Below, piece by piece: positions 14,731 to 23,309 of a stretch of DNA of 25,213 nucleotides. The stretch's first letter is position 1; each line of letters begins with the position of its first letter. The notes under the pieces were generated by a model that saw nothing but the letters and a program-made list of their open reading frames with translations, did not search any database and was not told the origin of the DNA. The translations under genes were made by a program, and so were the position numbers. Origin of the DNA: a virus (taxonomy: Duplodnaviria > Caudoviricetes); the IMG/VR virus record IMGVR_UViG_3300017908_000287, positions 1-25,213 of that record; one strand, written 5' to 3'.

Positions 14731-15561
14731 ATGCCCACCAAAAGGTCGATATCATTTTTAAAATCGAAACTACTTCAACCTGCGCTCACTTCACACTTTG
14801 AGGTTAATATTCCATCTGGGAGTTTACCAAGTGCCATTAAGATTGATAAAGAGGAACAAGATGACTTGAATTTATTCTGCACGGAAGCCACCTTGCCAGG
14901 TTCATCTGTGAATGTATTTGAAGTTAATAATGATTTCACTGGTGCGACTGAAAAGTTTGCTCATCGTAAAATGTATGATGGATCTATTGATTTTACATTT
15001 TATGTTGATGCACAGAAATATTCTGCAATAAGGTTCTTTGAGAGGTGGATGAGATATGTCACTGGAGAAGAGGGATCTGATAGAGATGATGGGGAGATAA
15101 GGAGTTATAAAAATCCATCTTATAACTATAGGATAAGATATCCAGATGGTGATGGTGGTTACCGTTGTGATGGACTGACAATCTCAAAGTTTGAAAGATC
15201 CCATAAATCACAGATTAGATACACGTTTTTGAAATCATTTCCAATTGCTGTGTCTTCGATGCCAGTTTCATATGATGCATCAAATCTATTGAAATGTACA
15301 GTTACTATGTCATATGTAAGATATTTTATTGATGAAGCAATCGTAAAAGATCCACCAATCCTTTCACCAGTATTTCTAGGTGCTCCACCACCAGCACCAC
15401 CATTACCAAATGCAGCACCAGAATTGGTAGGAAATACGAATGCAGAAGATCAAAGGTTTATTCCAACTGATAGTGCTTCAGGTTTTAGGGGACAATTATT
15501 GCAACCACTTAGAGATGCTGCAGGAAATATAGTCACTGATCTCGAAGGAAATCGTCTTTGA
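14731..15561 (+). CDS. Tail tube-related baseplate protein (gp54/gp19-like fold)
   Basis: C.EATLPG, FTFYVD...FFERWM, Y.F...FP.AV..MPVSY and LKCTVTMSY motifs, with a Pro-rich C-terminal extension. Confidence 0.7.
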   Translation: MPTKRSISFLKSKLLQPALTSHFEVNIPSGSLPSAIKIDKEEQDDLNLFCTEATLPGSSVNVFEVNNDFTGATEKFAHRKMYDGSIDFTFYVDAQKYSAIRFFERWMRYVTGEEGSDRDDGEIRSYKNPSYNYRIRYPDGDGGYRCDGLTISKFERSHKSQIRYTFLKSFPIAVSSMPVSYDASNLLKCTVTMSYVRYFIDEAIVKDPPILSPVFLGAPPPAPPLPNAAPELVGNTNAEDQRFIPTDSASGFRGQLLQPLRDAAGNIVTDLEGNRL

Positions 15562-15567
15562 CCCCAC

Positions 15568-15573
15568 TAAATA
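15568..15573 (+). promoter_or_regulatory. T4-like late promoter (TAAATA)
   Basis: Intergenic CTAAATA 28 nt before gp26. Confidence 0.6.
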
Positions 15574-15601
15574 ATCACACTGAACATATCTATAGGTCAT
15601 T

Positions 15602-16321
15602 ATGCCTTTACCAAGAATTGCAACCCCAAAGTATGAACTTGAATTGCCATCAACAGGGGAGAAAGTTTATTACAGACCCTTTCTAGTTAAGGAAGAAAAA
15701 CTTTTAGTTCTTGCTCTTGAGAGTGAGGATATGAAAGAGATTACGACTGCTATTAAGTCTGTTCTTAAAAACTGCATTCAAACCAGTGGGGTCAAAGTTG
15801 ATGCTCTCCCCACGTTTGATATCGAATATCTGTTCCTTAACATTCGTGGAAAGTCTGTTGGTGAAGAAGTTGAAGTTAAACTTATCGCGCCTGATGATGG
15901 GGAAACCGAAGTCGATGTATCAATTCCCATCGATGAAATTAAGGTAGAAAAGAATGATAAGCACACTCGTCAAATAAAAATTGACGATAACTTGATGATG
16001 GAAATGAAATACCCATCCTTGAATCAATTTATTTCTAGCAACTTTGATTTTAATGAGAAGAATCAGATGGAGCAATCCTTTGATTTAATCGCAACATGTG
16101 TCGATAAAATCTACAACGAAGAAGAGGTATGGGCAGCTGCTGATTGCACGAAGAAAGAAATCATTGAGTTCCTTGAACAGATGAATTCGACTCAGTTTAA
16201 GCAGATTGAAACTTTCTTTGAGACAATGCCTAAACTTTCTTACACTGTGAAGTTTAAGAATCCAAAAACTAAAAAATCAAATGAAGTATTGCTTGAAGGG
16301 TTAGCATCTTTTTTCGCCTAG
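15602..16321 (+). CDS. gp26: Baseplate hub subunit gp26
   Basis: MPLP.I..P.YEL.LPS, YRPFLVKEEK.L, FDIEYLFL.IRGKSVGE and LEGLASFF motifs. Confidence 0.92.
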   Translation: MPLPRIATPKYELELPSTGEKVYYRPFLVKEEKLLVLALESEDMKEITTAIKSVLKNCIQTSGVKVDALPTFDIEYLFLNIRGKSVGEEVEVKLIAPDDGETEVDVSIPIDEIKVEKNDKHTRQIKIDDNLMMEMKYPSLNQFISSNFDFNEKNQMEQSFDLIATCVDKIYNEEEVWAAADCTKKEIIEFLEQMNSTQFKQIETFFETMPKLSYTVKFKNPKTKKSNEVLLEGLASFFA

Positions 16322-16323
16322 GC

Positions 16324-16506
16324 ATGATCCATATGGATCTTGAGAACTACTTCCGTCTCAATTTTGCCTTAATGCAGTATCATAAATATTCATTAACTGA
16401 AATTGAAAATATGATGCCTTGGGAGAGAGATATCTATGTCGTTCTTCTGAAGCAGCATCTTGAGGAAGAAAAACAAAAGTTAGAGCAGCGAAAGAATGGC
16501 GGCTAA
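16324..16506 (+). CDS. gp51: Baseplate hub assembly protein gp51-like
   Basis: NFALMQYHKYSLTEIENMMPWERDIY, directly after gp26. Confidence 0.85.
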   Translation: MIHMDLENYFRLNFALMQYHKYSLTEIENMMPWERDIYVVLLKQHLEEEKQKLEQRKNGG

Positions 16507-19090
16507 GACTACTGATCCTATTGATATCCTTCTTGAGATGGGTATTGACCTCGACAATCTGTCGGAGGAAGAGGATTATCTTAGTGCCTTAATTGAAGCA
16601 ACCAATGCTTTAACCATTAAGGATCCTAGTGATCCCCGTATTGCACCTCTTCAGAAAGAAATTTTAAAAGTAAGAAAGAAAAGAAAAGAAGCAGACCCTA
16701 AGTTTAGAGTAAGAAAAACTACAGTAAGTCCGGATAGATTTTTCGATAGAAAGAAACCGCAAGAGGAACAATCAAAACCAGTTCCAGGGCAACTGATGAT
16801 TCCTGGAGATACGAGTGGTGCTCTTGTTAAACCAGATAGTTTAAGACCACCCGAAGTTGAAGAAGATGGAGAGAAGATAAAAAAAGAACCAAATATCCTT
16901 CAGGATATTTTGGATGGAATCAATTCTATTATAGGAATACTCAAATCACAGAATAAACTTGATAGGAAGAGAGCAGAGAAAGATAGAAAAAAACTAGAGA
17001 AATCAAAAAGATCTACTAAAGAAGGTAAACTTGAGAAGGGTCCTCTTGAGAAATTTGTAAATCAATCAAAGAAACTTTTAAAACCAGTACAAAGTCTCTT
17101 TGGAGGATTGTTTGAATTTATTAAGAATATTTTGATTGGTAGATTATTGGTGAAAGTTGTTAATTGGATGAGTGATAGTGAAAATCAAGAAAAGTTGAAA
17201 GCGATAGGTAATTTCTTAAAGAATACATGGCCAGCACTACTTGCTGCATACTTATTATTTGGAAATAGTTTAGGTCGATTTGCAGTTAACCTAGTCAAAG
17301 TTATTGGTGGATTTGCAATCAAGTTACTTAAAACTATTATACCTCAACTTTTAACTGCCGTCAAAAAACTTGGATTTAAAAAGAGTATGATGCTTGGTGG
17401 ACTTGCTGTTGGTGGAACAATGCTTGCTGGACGGTTGTTAGATGGTGGAAAGGATGATGTTGATCTGACACAACCAGACGGCAGACAAGGTGCTCCAGGA
17501 TCTGACGGAGCAGATGGTAGACAAGGTGCTTCAGGATCTGACGGAGCAGATGGTAGACAAGGTGCTCCAGGATCTGACGGAGCAGACGGCAAACAAGGTG
17601 CTCCAGGATCTCAGACAGGAGGAAAGACCCCTTATGAAAGAGTAACAGAAGCCGGTTTTGAGGTAATCGCTGCGGATAATGGTTTTATCTCATTTGAAAA
17701 AGAAGGAAGTAAAAGGTCCAGGACTGGAACTTTCACACTTCAAGGTAACACGAAAGAAGAGAGATTTAACAATTACTTTGATGGATCTGATACATTTAGA
17801 ACACTTAAATTAAATGGTGGTGGTCAGGTTCCTGGTAGTGGACCAAACAAGGACACTGTGCCTGCTATGCTGGCACCAGGTGAATTTGTAATGAGCAGGG
17901 GTGCTGTACAGAAATATGGGACAGATACCTTTGCTGCTATGAATGCCGCTGGTGGAGGAACTAATCTACCAAGAAGAATGAATGGTATTACTTATGCTGT
18001 GGGTGGTGGTCTAATGGGGTCCATGAGTGATTATGGATATGAGGAAAAGAATGAGGAGCAATCTCCTACAGTAAAAGGGGAAATGGAGGAAAGAAAAACC
18101 AAAGGAGAGGGAAAAAATAAAGGAGAGGGAAAAGAAAAGCAAACAAATGGTGGAATCTTTGGAAGTATAAAAAGGTTTTTTGGATTTGGTGGATCTAAAT
18201 CTGGTGAAGAGGAAGGAGAGAAGTCTGGTGGTGGAGGAAGTCTCAAGGGGTTAACTGGTCAAGATTTTAGGGACCTTGCATATATTGTCAGTGGTGAAGC
18301 ACAGAGAGGAACTGATGATGAGTACGGAGTTGCTGCAGCAGTTTTAAATAGAGTTGCAGACCCCGCATGGCCGAATACTATTAAGGAAGTGGGATCTCAG
18401 GATGGACAATTTGAGGCAGTGTATACTGGTAAAGCATTTGATGATCCAGAACTAGCAGCAAAACTTGCATCATCTGAGGGACAGGCAAAGATTGTTGAAG
18501 CAATGAAGATGCTCAAGGGCAGAACTGACTTTAAGGGAACGAGTCAGTATGGAAATATGGGATCTGGTGATATAAAATTTTCAGATAGAGGAAATTTCTA
18601 TCATTATAAAGAACAAGTTAGTAAAACAGATCCACCCCCAAGTCCAGTTCCAAACTTTTATCAGAAGTTTATTGGCACTGGTGGACCTGCTGTTTCATTG
18701 AATGGAACGAAATCATCTGCTGGCGGAATAACTGCTTCTCCAGGATCTGGGTCTGGATCTGGATCCCATACAACATCCTTATCAGGTTTGATTGGTGGAT
18801 TTGATAGCAAAATTATGGAATCCCTTAGAGTTTCTGGAGGTGGTGGTAGTAGCATCATTAAAGGAAGTCCAACTTCTGGATCATCCATAGAACCACCACA
18901 TACAACAACACTATCTTCTATTGTGAAAAGAACGGGGTCTGGAATGGGTTCATCTGGATCGTCATCTTCTGGTCAGAATTCTCCAACTAGACCTGCAGAT
19001 GCATCTCCTCCAAATACTATCCCTCCTATTGATGCAGAGGCAATGATATCACAAGAGAAGATAAAGGTCTTAGGAATAGCGGTGGGTTGA
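16496..19090 (+). CDS. Large tail/baseplate hub (tape-measure-like) protein with collagen-like repeats and a SleB/Hydrolase_2-type cell-wall hydrolase domain
   Basis: Coiled-coil N-terminus, G-X-Y repeats, GGQVPG...[14 protein letters not shown] motif, and LAYIVSGEA...[10 protein letters not shown]...[13 protein letters not shown]. Confidence 0.75.
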   Translation: MAAKTTDPIDILLEMGIDLDNLSEEEDYLSALIEATNALTIKDPSDPRIAPLQKEILKVRKKRKEADPKFRVRKTTVSPDRFFDRKKPQEEQSKPVPGQLMIPGDTSGALVKPDSLRPPEVEEDGEKIKKEPNILQDILDGINSIIGILKSQNKLDRKRAEKDRKKLEKSKRSTKEGKLEKGPLEKFVNQSKKLLKPVQSLFGGLFEFIKNILIGRLLVKVVNWMSDSENQEKLKAIGNFLKNTWPALLAAYLLFGNSLGRFAVNLVKVIGGFAIKLLKTIIPQLLTAVKKLGFKKSMMLGGLAVGGTMLAGRLLDGGKDDVDLTQPDGRQGAPGSDGADGRQGASGSDGADGRQGAPGSDGADGKQGAPGSQTGGKTPYERVTEAGFEVIAADNGFISFEKEGSKRSRTGTFTLQGNTKEERFNNYFDGSDTFRTLKLNGGGQVPGSGPNKDTVPAMLAPGEFVMSRGAVQKYGTDTFAAMNAAGGGTNLPRRMNGITYAVGGGLMGSMSDYGYEEKNEEQSPTVKGEMEERKTKGEGKNKGEGKEKQTNGGIFGSIKRFFGFGGSKSGEEEGEKSGGGGSLKGLTGQDFRDLAYIVSGEAQRGTDDEYGVAAAVLNRVADPAWPNTIKEVGSQDGQFEAVYTGKAFDDPELAAKLASSEGQAKIVEAMKMLKGRTDFKGTSQYGNMGSGDIKFSDRGNFYHYKEQVSKTDPPPSPVPNFYQKFIGTGGPAVSLNGTKSSAGGITASPGSGSGSGSHTTSLSGLIGGFDSKIMESLRVSGGGGSSIIKGSPTSGSSIEPPHTTTLSSIVKRTGSGMGSSGSSSSGQNSPTRPADASPPNTIPPIDAEAMISQEKIKVLGIAVG
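17477..17611 (+). repeat. 36-bp tandem repeat, 3.75 copies, encoding [12 protein letters not shown]
   Basis: Units start at 17477, 17513, 17549 and 17585 and differ at only a few positions. Confidence 0.92.
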
Positions 19091-19091
19091 T

Positions 19092-21686
19092 ATGGCGTTA
19101 CCAGCATTATTAGGAGCAGGGGCAAGAGCTATTGGAGGTAGTATTGTAAAAAGTGTTGCTAAAGATAAGGCAAAGAGTTTTATACAGGGTAAAAAAGCAT
19201 CAACTAACAGACGTGAAGATTCAAATGAACCAACAACAGAGGGAGGTTCTTTAGTAATAAGACCAAAAACATCATTAGTATCACCAAGTTCACTGACTCC
19301 TCCAGAATCGCCAGGTGCCATAATTAATGTAGAAAAAAAATCTGATATATTAAAGGAGATAAGGGATAAGGTTTATCAAATTAATGATATATTGAAGAAT
19401 AAACTTATTGAGGAATCAAAATTATTAGGCAAAGAAAAAAAGGAACAAGAAAAAGTAAAAAGAGGTAAGCAAGAGAGTGAATTAGAAAAAGTAAAGAAGA
19501 AGGATAAGAAGAAAAAAAGTAAACTGAGTCTCCCTGGCACTGGATTATTCAAAGCAATATTTGATTTCATTTCAAATATTTTTATTGGTCGTCTATTATT
19601 TCTAGGTGTAGATGGTGTAGATGGAATACCAGGTATCGGTATTCTTAAAATGATTGGTGGCGTGGTAGAAACTACGATTGATGTTATTATAGGAATTTTT
19701 GATGCTTTTGGGACTTTCTTGATGTGGGGTCAAAAAGCATATGATGCCACTAAAGGATTTTTAAAAGATAACTTTGGTGATGGTGCTGAAAAAGCATTCA
19801 CCGATCTTATGAAAAACTTGAACACTGCATTCAATCTGATCGCTACGATTGGATTACTTACAGCAGCGTTCAATCCGTTTGAAGGTCTGGGAAAAGATAA
19901 GAATAAGACTAAGACAAAATCAAGAAGTGGTATAGATCCAAAGACCAATAAACCAAGGAGAGTAAGACCGACTAACATAGTTGATCCTGATGGAACAATA
20001 AGATCTAAGACATCAGTAGAAACTAAATTAAAAGATATGGGTTTGGCAGACAACCAAATCCGAGAGTATAATAAAGCGCGGACTGGTGGTGCTAATACAT
20101 CTCAAGCACTTACACAAGCAAAGAAAGTAACTCCAGACATTCCTAAACGTGGTGGTTTACTTGGTTTTTTTGCACAAGCAGGTGATAATATAGCAGCAGC
20201 AACGAAAGGTGCAAGAGATTTAGCAGGTAAAGGACTTAAAGCAATCGGTGGAGGACTTGATTATTTGTCCGGAGGAAACCTAGGTAAACTTGGAAACTTT
20301 CTTCAGGATCAATATAAAAATGCTTCTGAGTTCACTAGAAAACAATATGATAATGTTGTTGCCGTAGGTCAAAAACTCAAGAGTAAGTATGATAATGCAG
20401 TAAGCTCAGTAAAAAATGCTATTGGCAATCTAGCAGAGAAAGCACAGCAAAAAATTCTTCAACCTATACTTGATAAAATTAAACCATTTATAGAACCGAT
20501 CATAGAAAAAGCTAAGTCTATGGGTGAGTCGATATTAGAAGTGCTTAAAAAAATACCTGGGTTTGATAATGTTCTTCAAGTATTAAAGAAAAAGGGCATC
20601 AATAGTTTGGGCGATGTTGGTGGGATTGCTAAGAAAGTTGGCGGAAGAGCACTTCCATTTATCGGTGGTTTATTTAACCTTCTGTTTGCATATGATAGAT
20701 TTGCTAGTGGCGATACAATAGGAGGATTACTTGAAACCATATCTGCTGGATTTGATTTCGCTGGACTTGCTCCAGTTTCCATGGGTATTGACGCATATAT
20801 GTTTGCTCGTGATTTTGTTCCTGCAATACAAGAGACTGAAGAGAGTGCAATAAACGCCCTGGGATTGGGTGGATTTAAGTCCAATGTTGATAAAGTGGTA
20901 TCGAAACTTCCTGATCTTGGGACAATTTTTAGTAATGTCATGGGTAAAAAGGACGAATCTGGAAAGGCAGGAACAAGTCTTGCCTCTACAACCACAGGCA
21001 CTGAAACTGATGATAATGCATCAAACCTTGCAGGAGAAGCAGGTAAGTTTATTGAAAAGAATCTTGAGTCTGCTGCGGTTGCTGCGGATGGATATGGAGA
21101 TTATAATAGAATCACAGAGCACCCAGACTTTGGTGGCGTAAGAGGGACACATGCTACAGGTTCATATCACTATGTCAATAGGGCAATAGACATTGGTGCA
21201 TTTACTAACGAGCAAGAACCTATTGTTAATGTATTGAATCAGTTTAATCAGATGAAAGGTGTTCAACCTAAGGAACTTATTACTGGTTCTCAATTCCCAG
21301 GTACAACGATGGTGGATCCTGGTGGTCATGATGATCATGTTCATGTTGCATATAGACTTGGAGGACTTGTAAAAGGACTTACACATGCAATGCTTGGAGA
21401 AGAGGGTCCAGAATATGTTATAGATACTGATTCGTATGAGGCAATCGAGAGTGCTTATCCTGGATTGTTTGACGCCATTAACACTGCGAAAGGTCCAGAT
21501 GCTGTAACTAATCTCATGGACTTTACAAGTTATGAAAGACCACAAGAACCGGATATGGCAATGGCAGGAGGTGAGAGCGAAACGCCAACATATTCTGGTG
21601 GCGATGATACATCGTCAATGATTAGTTCAACTCCAACACTATCAAAAACTAAAGACAATTCTTTTGAAATTACTTACAAGTTTTAG
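19092..21686 (+). CDS. Large tail/baseplate hub (tape-measure-like) protein with a putative Zn-peptidase (M15-like) domain
   Basis: The N-terminus resembles the preceding ORF. It contains HATGSYHYVNRAIDI...HDDHVHVAY and GGLV...AMLGEEGPEYVI. Confidence 0.7.
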   Translation: MALPALLGAGARAIGGSIVKSVAKDKAKSFIQGKKASTNRREDSNEPTTEGGSLVIRPKTSLVSPSSLTPPESPGAIINVEKKSDILKEIRDKVYQINDILKNKLIEESKLLGKEKKEQEKVKRGKQESELEKVKKKDKKKKSKLSLPGTGLFKAIFDFISNIFIGRLLFLGVDGVDGIPGIGILKMIGGVVETTIDVIIGIFDAFGTFLMWGQKAYDATKGFLKDNFGDGAEKAFTDLMKNLNTAFNLIATIGLLTAAFNPFEGLGKDKNKTKTKSRSGIDPKTNKPRRVRPTNIVDPDGTIRSKTSVETKLKDMGLADNQIREYNKARTGGANTSQALTQAKKVTPDIPKRGGLLGFFAQAGDNIAAATKGARDLAGKGLKAIGGGLDYLSGGNLGKLGNFLQDQYKNASEFTRKQYDNVVAVGQKLKSKYDNAVSSVKNAIGNLAEKAQQKILQPILDKIKPFIEPIIEKAKSMGESILEVLKKIPGFDNVLQVLKKKGINSLGDVGGIAKKVGGRALPFIGGLFNLLFAYDRFASGDTIGGLLETISAGFDFAGLAPVSMGIDAYMFARDFVPAIQETEESAINALGLGGFKSNVDKVVSKLPDLGTIFSNVMGKKDESGKAGTSLASTTTGTETDDNASNLAGEAGKFIEKNLESAAVAADGYGDYNRITEHPDFGGVRGTHATGSYHYVNRAIDIGAFTNEQEPIVNVLNQFNQMKGVQPKELITGSQFPGTTMVDPGGHDDHVHVAYRLGGLVKGLTHAMLGEEGPEYVIDTDSYEAIESAYPGLFDAINTAKGPDAVTNLMDFTSYERPQEPDMAMAGGESETPTYSGGDDTSSMISSTPTLSKTKDNSFEITYKF

Positions 21687-21687
21687 T

Positions 21688-21693
21688 TAAATA
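21688..21693 (+). promoter_or_regulatory. T4-like late promoter (TAAATA)
   Basis: Intergenic TAAATA 19 nt before ORF 21713. Confidence 0.6.
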
Positions 21694-21712
21694 GGTATAG
21701 TAGGAAATCAAA

Positions 21713-23074
21713 ATGGCAGAAGCACAAGGACAAAAAGAGGGACCATCTTTTATTGATTATGCTGTTTTAACTAGCATAGATGGGTCAAATGATGTTGATA
21801 TATCATCTGGAATTGTCAACTTTAGATATTATGAAAGTATTCTTCAAGATGGTGTAATGGGATCTGTGATGTTCGCAGACTCCGGCAATACCATTAATAA
21901 TAAAACTATCATGGAGGGACTTCCACTGACTGGTAGCGAATATTTTCAGATTAAAGTAAAGGATAATAATAATGTTGAGTTGAAACAACGAATGATCGTG
22001 TCAAATCCAACTCCAATATCAGAAGAGTCAAACAAAACAATGGTTGTATGCTCTTTAGTATCAGAAGCATATGCAAAGAATGATAATACATCAATCTTTG
22101 AAAGGTTTGATGGAAAGATCTCTGATCATGTAGAAAAAATTCTCACCGATAATAATTACCTCGCAACTACAAAGGGTTTGGATGTTGAAATTACCAGTAA
22201 CAACTTATCTGAGTTTGGTTTGCGTAGAAAACCATATTTTATGTTGAATTCATTTGCGAAAAAATCTGTTCCTGACGGTGGTTTAGGAGATGTAGCTGGA
22301 TATTTTTTCTTTGAAACATCTGACAAAATGATATTTAAATCTATTGATAGTTTATTTGATAAGGAAAAGAACAAACCAAAACGATCAATCATTTATAATG
22401 AAAGCACTGCTGGTATGAAACTCACTGATGTAATCAATGGCGGAAAAAAAGGAGATATACCTGCAGGATATGATTATAAAGCACTGACATATGATAGGAC
22501 CACCTCTGATGCTATGTCTAGGAATAAAATGGGAGCGAATTCCACTGCTACAATTACATTCAACCCATTCACTCAAGATTTTAAAAGGACTGTAATGTTT
22601 TCACCAGCAATTGAACAGACCGATCAATCTAGCGGAGAAACTAATGAACCATTATCAACTGCTGGTTTGGATTTACCTGCATTCAACCCCAGTTTAGTTA
22701 AAGAGTTTGCTAGAACTACTATTTCTTTATTTGATGTTGGAACTTTTGATGATGAACCAAAATCAGAAAATGAATCTGATTTTGAGATTGAAGATATTCT
22801 CAATCAATCAATTATGAGATACAATCAGGTGTTTGCAACGAAAGTAAATATTACTATCGCTGGCGATTTTGATTTACATGCAGGAGATATGATATTTTTT
22901 GATGCTCCGTCACCACAATCTGACACAAAAAATGATGAGGTTGACAGACAGAGTGGGGGTCTATATATTATAGCAAGTCTATGTCATTTTATAAGTCCTA
23001 AAAGAACTCTTACTAAACTTACTTTAATAAGGGACTCTTTTGGACGGACAGGAAATCACACACTAAGAGATTAA
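21713..23074 (+). CDS. Baseplate hub / tail protein (gp27-like, tentative)
   Basis: YYESI, GY.FFET....FKSID.L, I.I.GD..L.AGD and SGG.YII..L.H motifs, positioned before gp5. Confidence 0.6.
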   Translation: MAEAQGQKEGPSFIDYAVLTSIDGSNDVDISSGIVNFRYYESILQDGVMGSVMFADSGNTINNKTIMEGLPLTGSEYFQIKVKDNNNVELKQRMIVSNPTPISEESNKTMVVCSLVSEAYAKNDNTSIFERFDGKISDHVEKILTDNNYLATTKGLDVEITSNNLSEFGLRRKPYFMLNSFAKKSVPDGGLGDVAGYFFFETSDKMIFKSIDSLFDKEKNKPKRSIIYNESTAGMKLTDVINGGKKGDIPAGYDYKALTYDRTTSDAMSRNKMGANSTATITFNPFTQDFKRTVMFSPAIEQTDQSSGETNEPLSTAGLDLPAFNPSLVKEFARTTISLFDVGTFDDEPKSENESDFEIEDILNQSIMRYNQVFATKVNITIAGDFDLHAGDMIFFDAPSPQSDTKNDEVDRQSGGLYIIASLCHFISPKRTLTKLTLIRDSFGRTGNHTLRD

Positions 23075-23079
23075 CAAAC

Positions 23080-23307
23080 ATGGAAAGCGTCGAAAAGCAT
23101 ATTGAGCAAGATAAGAAAATTCTTGAGAACCCAACGACATCCCCACAGCAACGTCGTCATATTGAGGGAGAACTTGAAGAGTTAGAATTGTATGTAAAAA
23201 ATCATCACAAAGAAATTGAGGCAGGAGATCATCATGATCCCACTGCACTTGAGTTGTTCTGTGAGGTCGAACCTGATGCTGATGAGTGTAGGGTTTACGA
23301 AGACTGA
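23080..23307 (+). CDS. cp12: Phage CP12 (Calvin cycle inhibitor), auxiliary metabolic gene
   Basis: C-terminal DPTALELFCEVEPDADECRVYED carries the C-x8-C pair. The N-terminal Cys pair is absent, as in marine picocyanobacterial and phage CP12. Confidence 0.9.
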   Translation: MESVEKHIEQDKKILENPTTSPQQRRHIEGELEELELYVKNHHKEIEAGDHHDPTALELFCEVEPDADECRVYED

Positions 23308-23309
23308 GT

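Noticed and set aside
4716-16388. Intragenic TAAATA matches (4716, 5462, 10404, 16383)
   Set aside because: They are frequent by chance in AT-rich DNA. Some may be real late promoters, but they cannot be supported from sequence alone.
17344-17592. Minus-strand ORF with [12 protein letters not shown] repeats
   Set aside because: It is the reverse complement of the collagen-like repeat.
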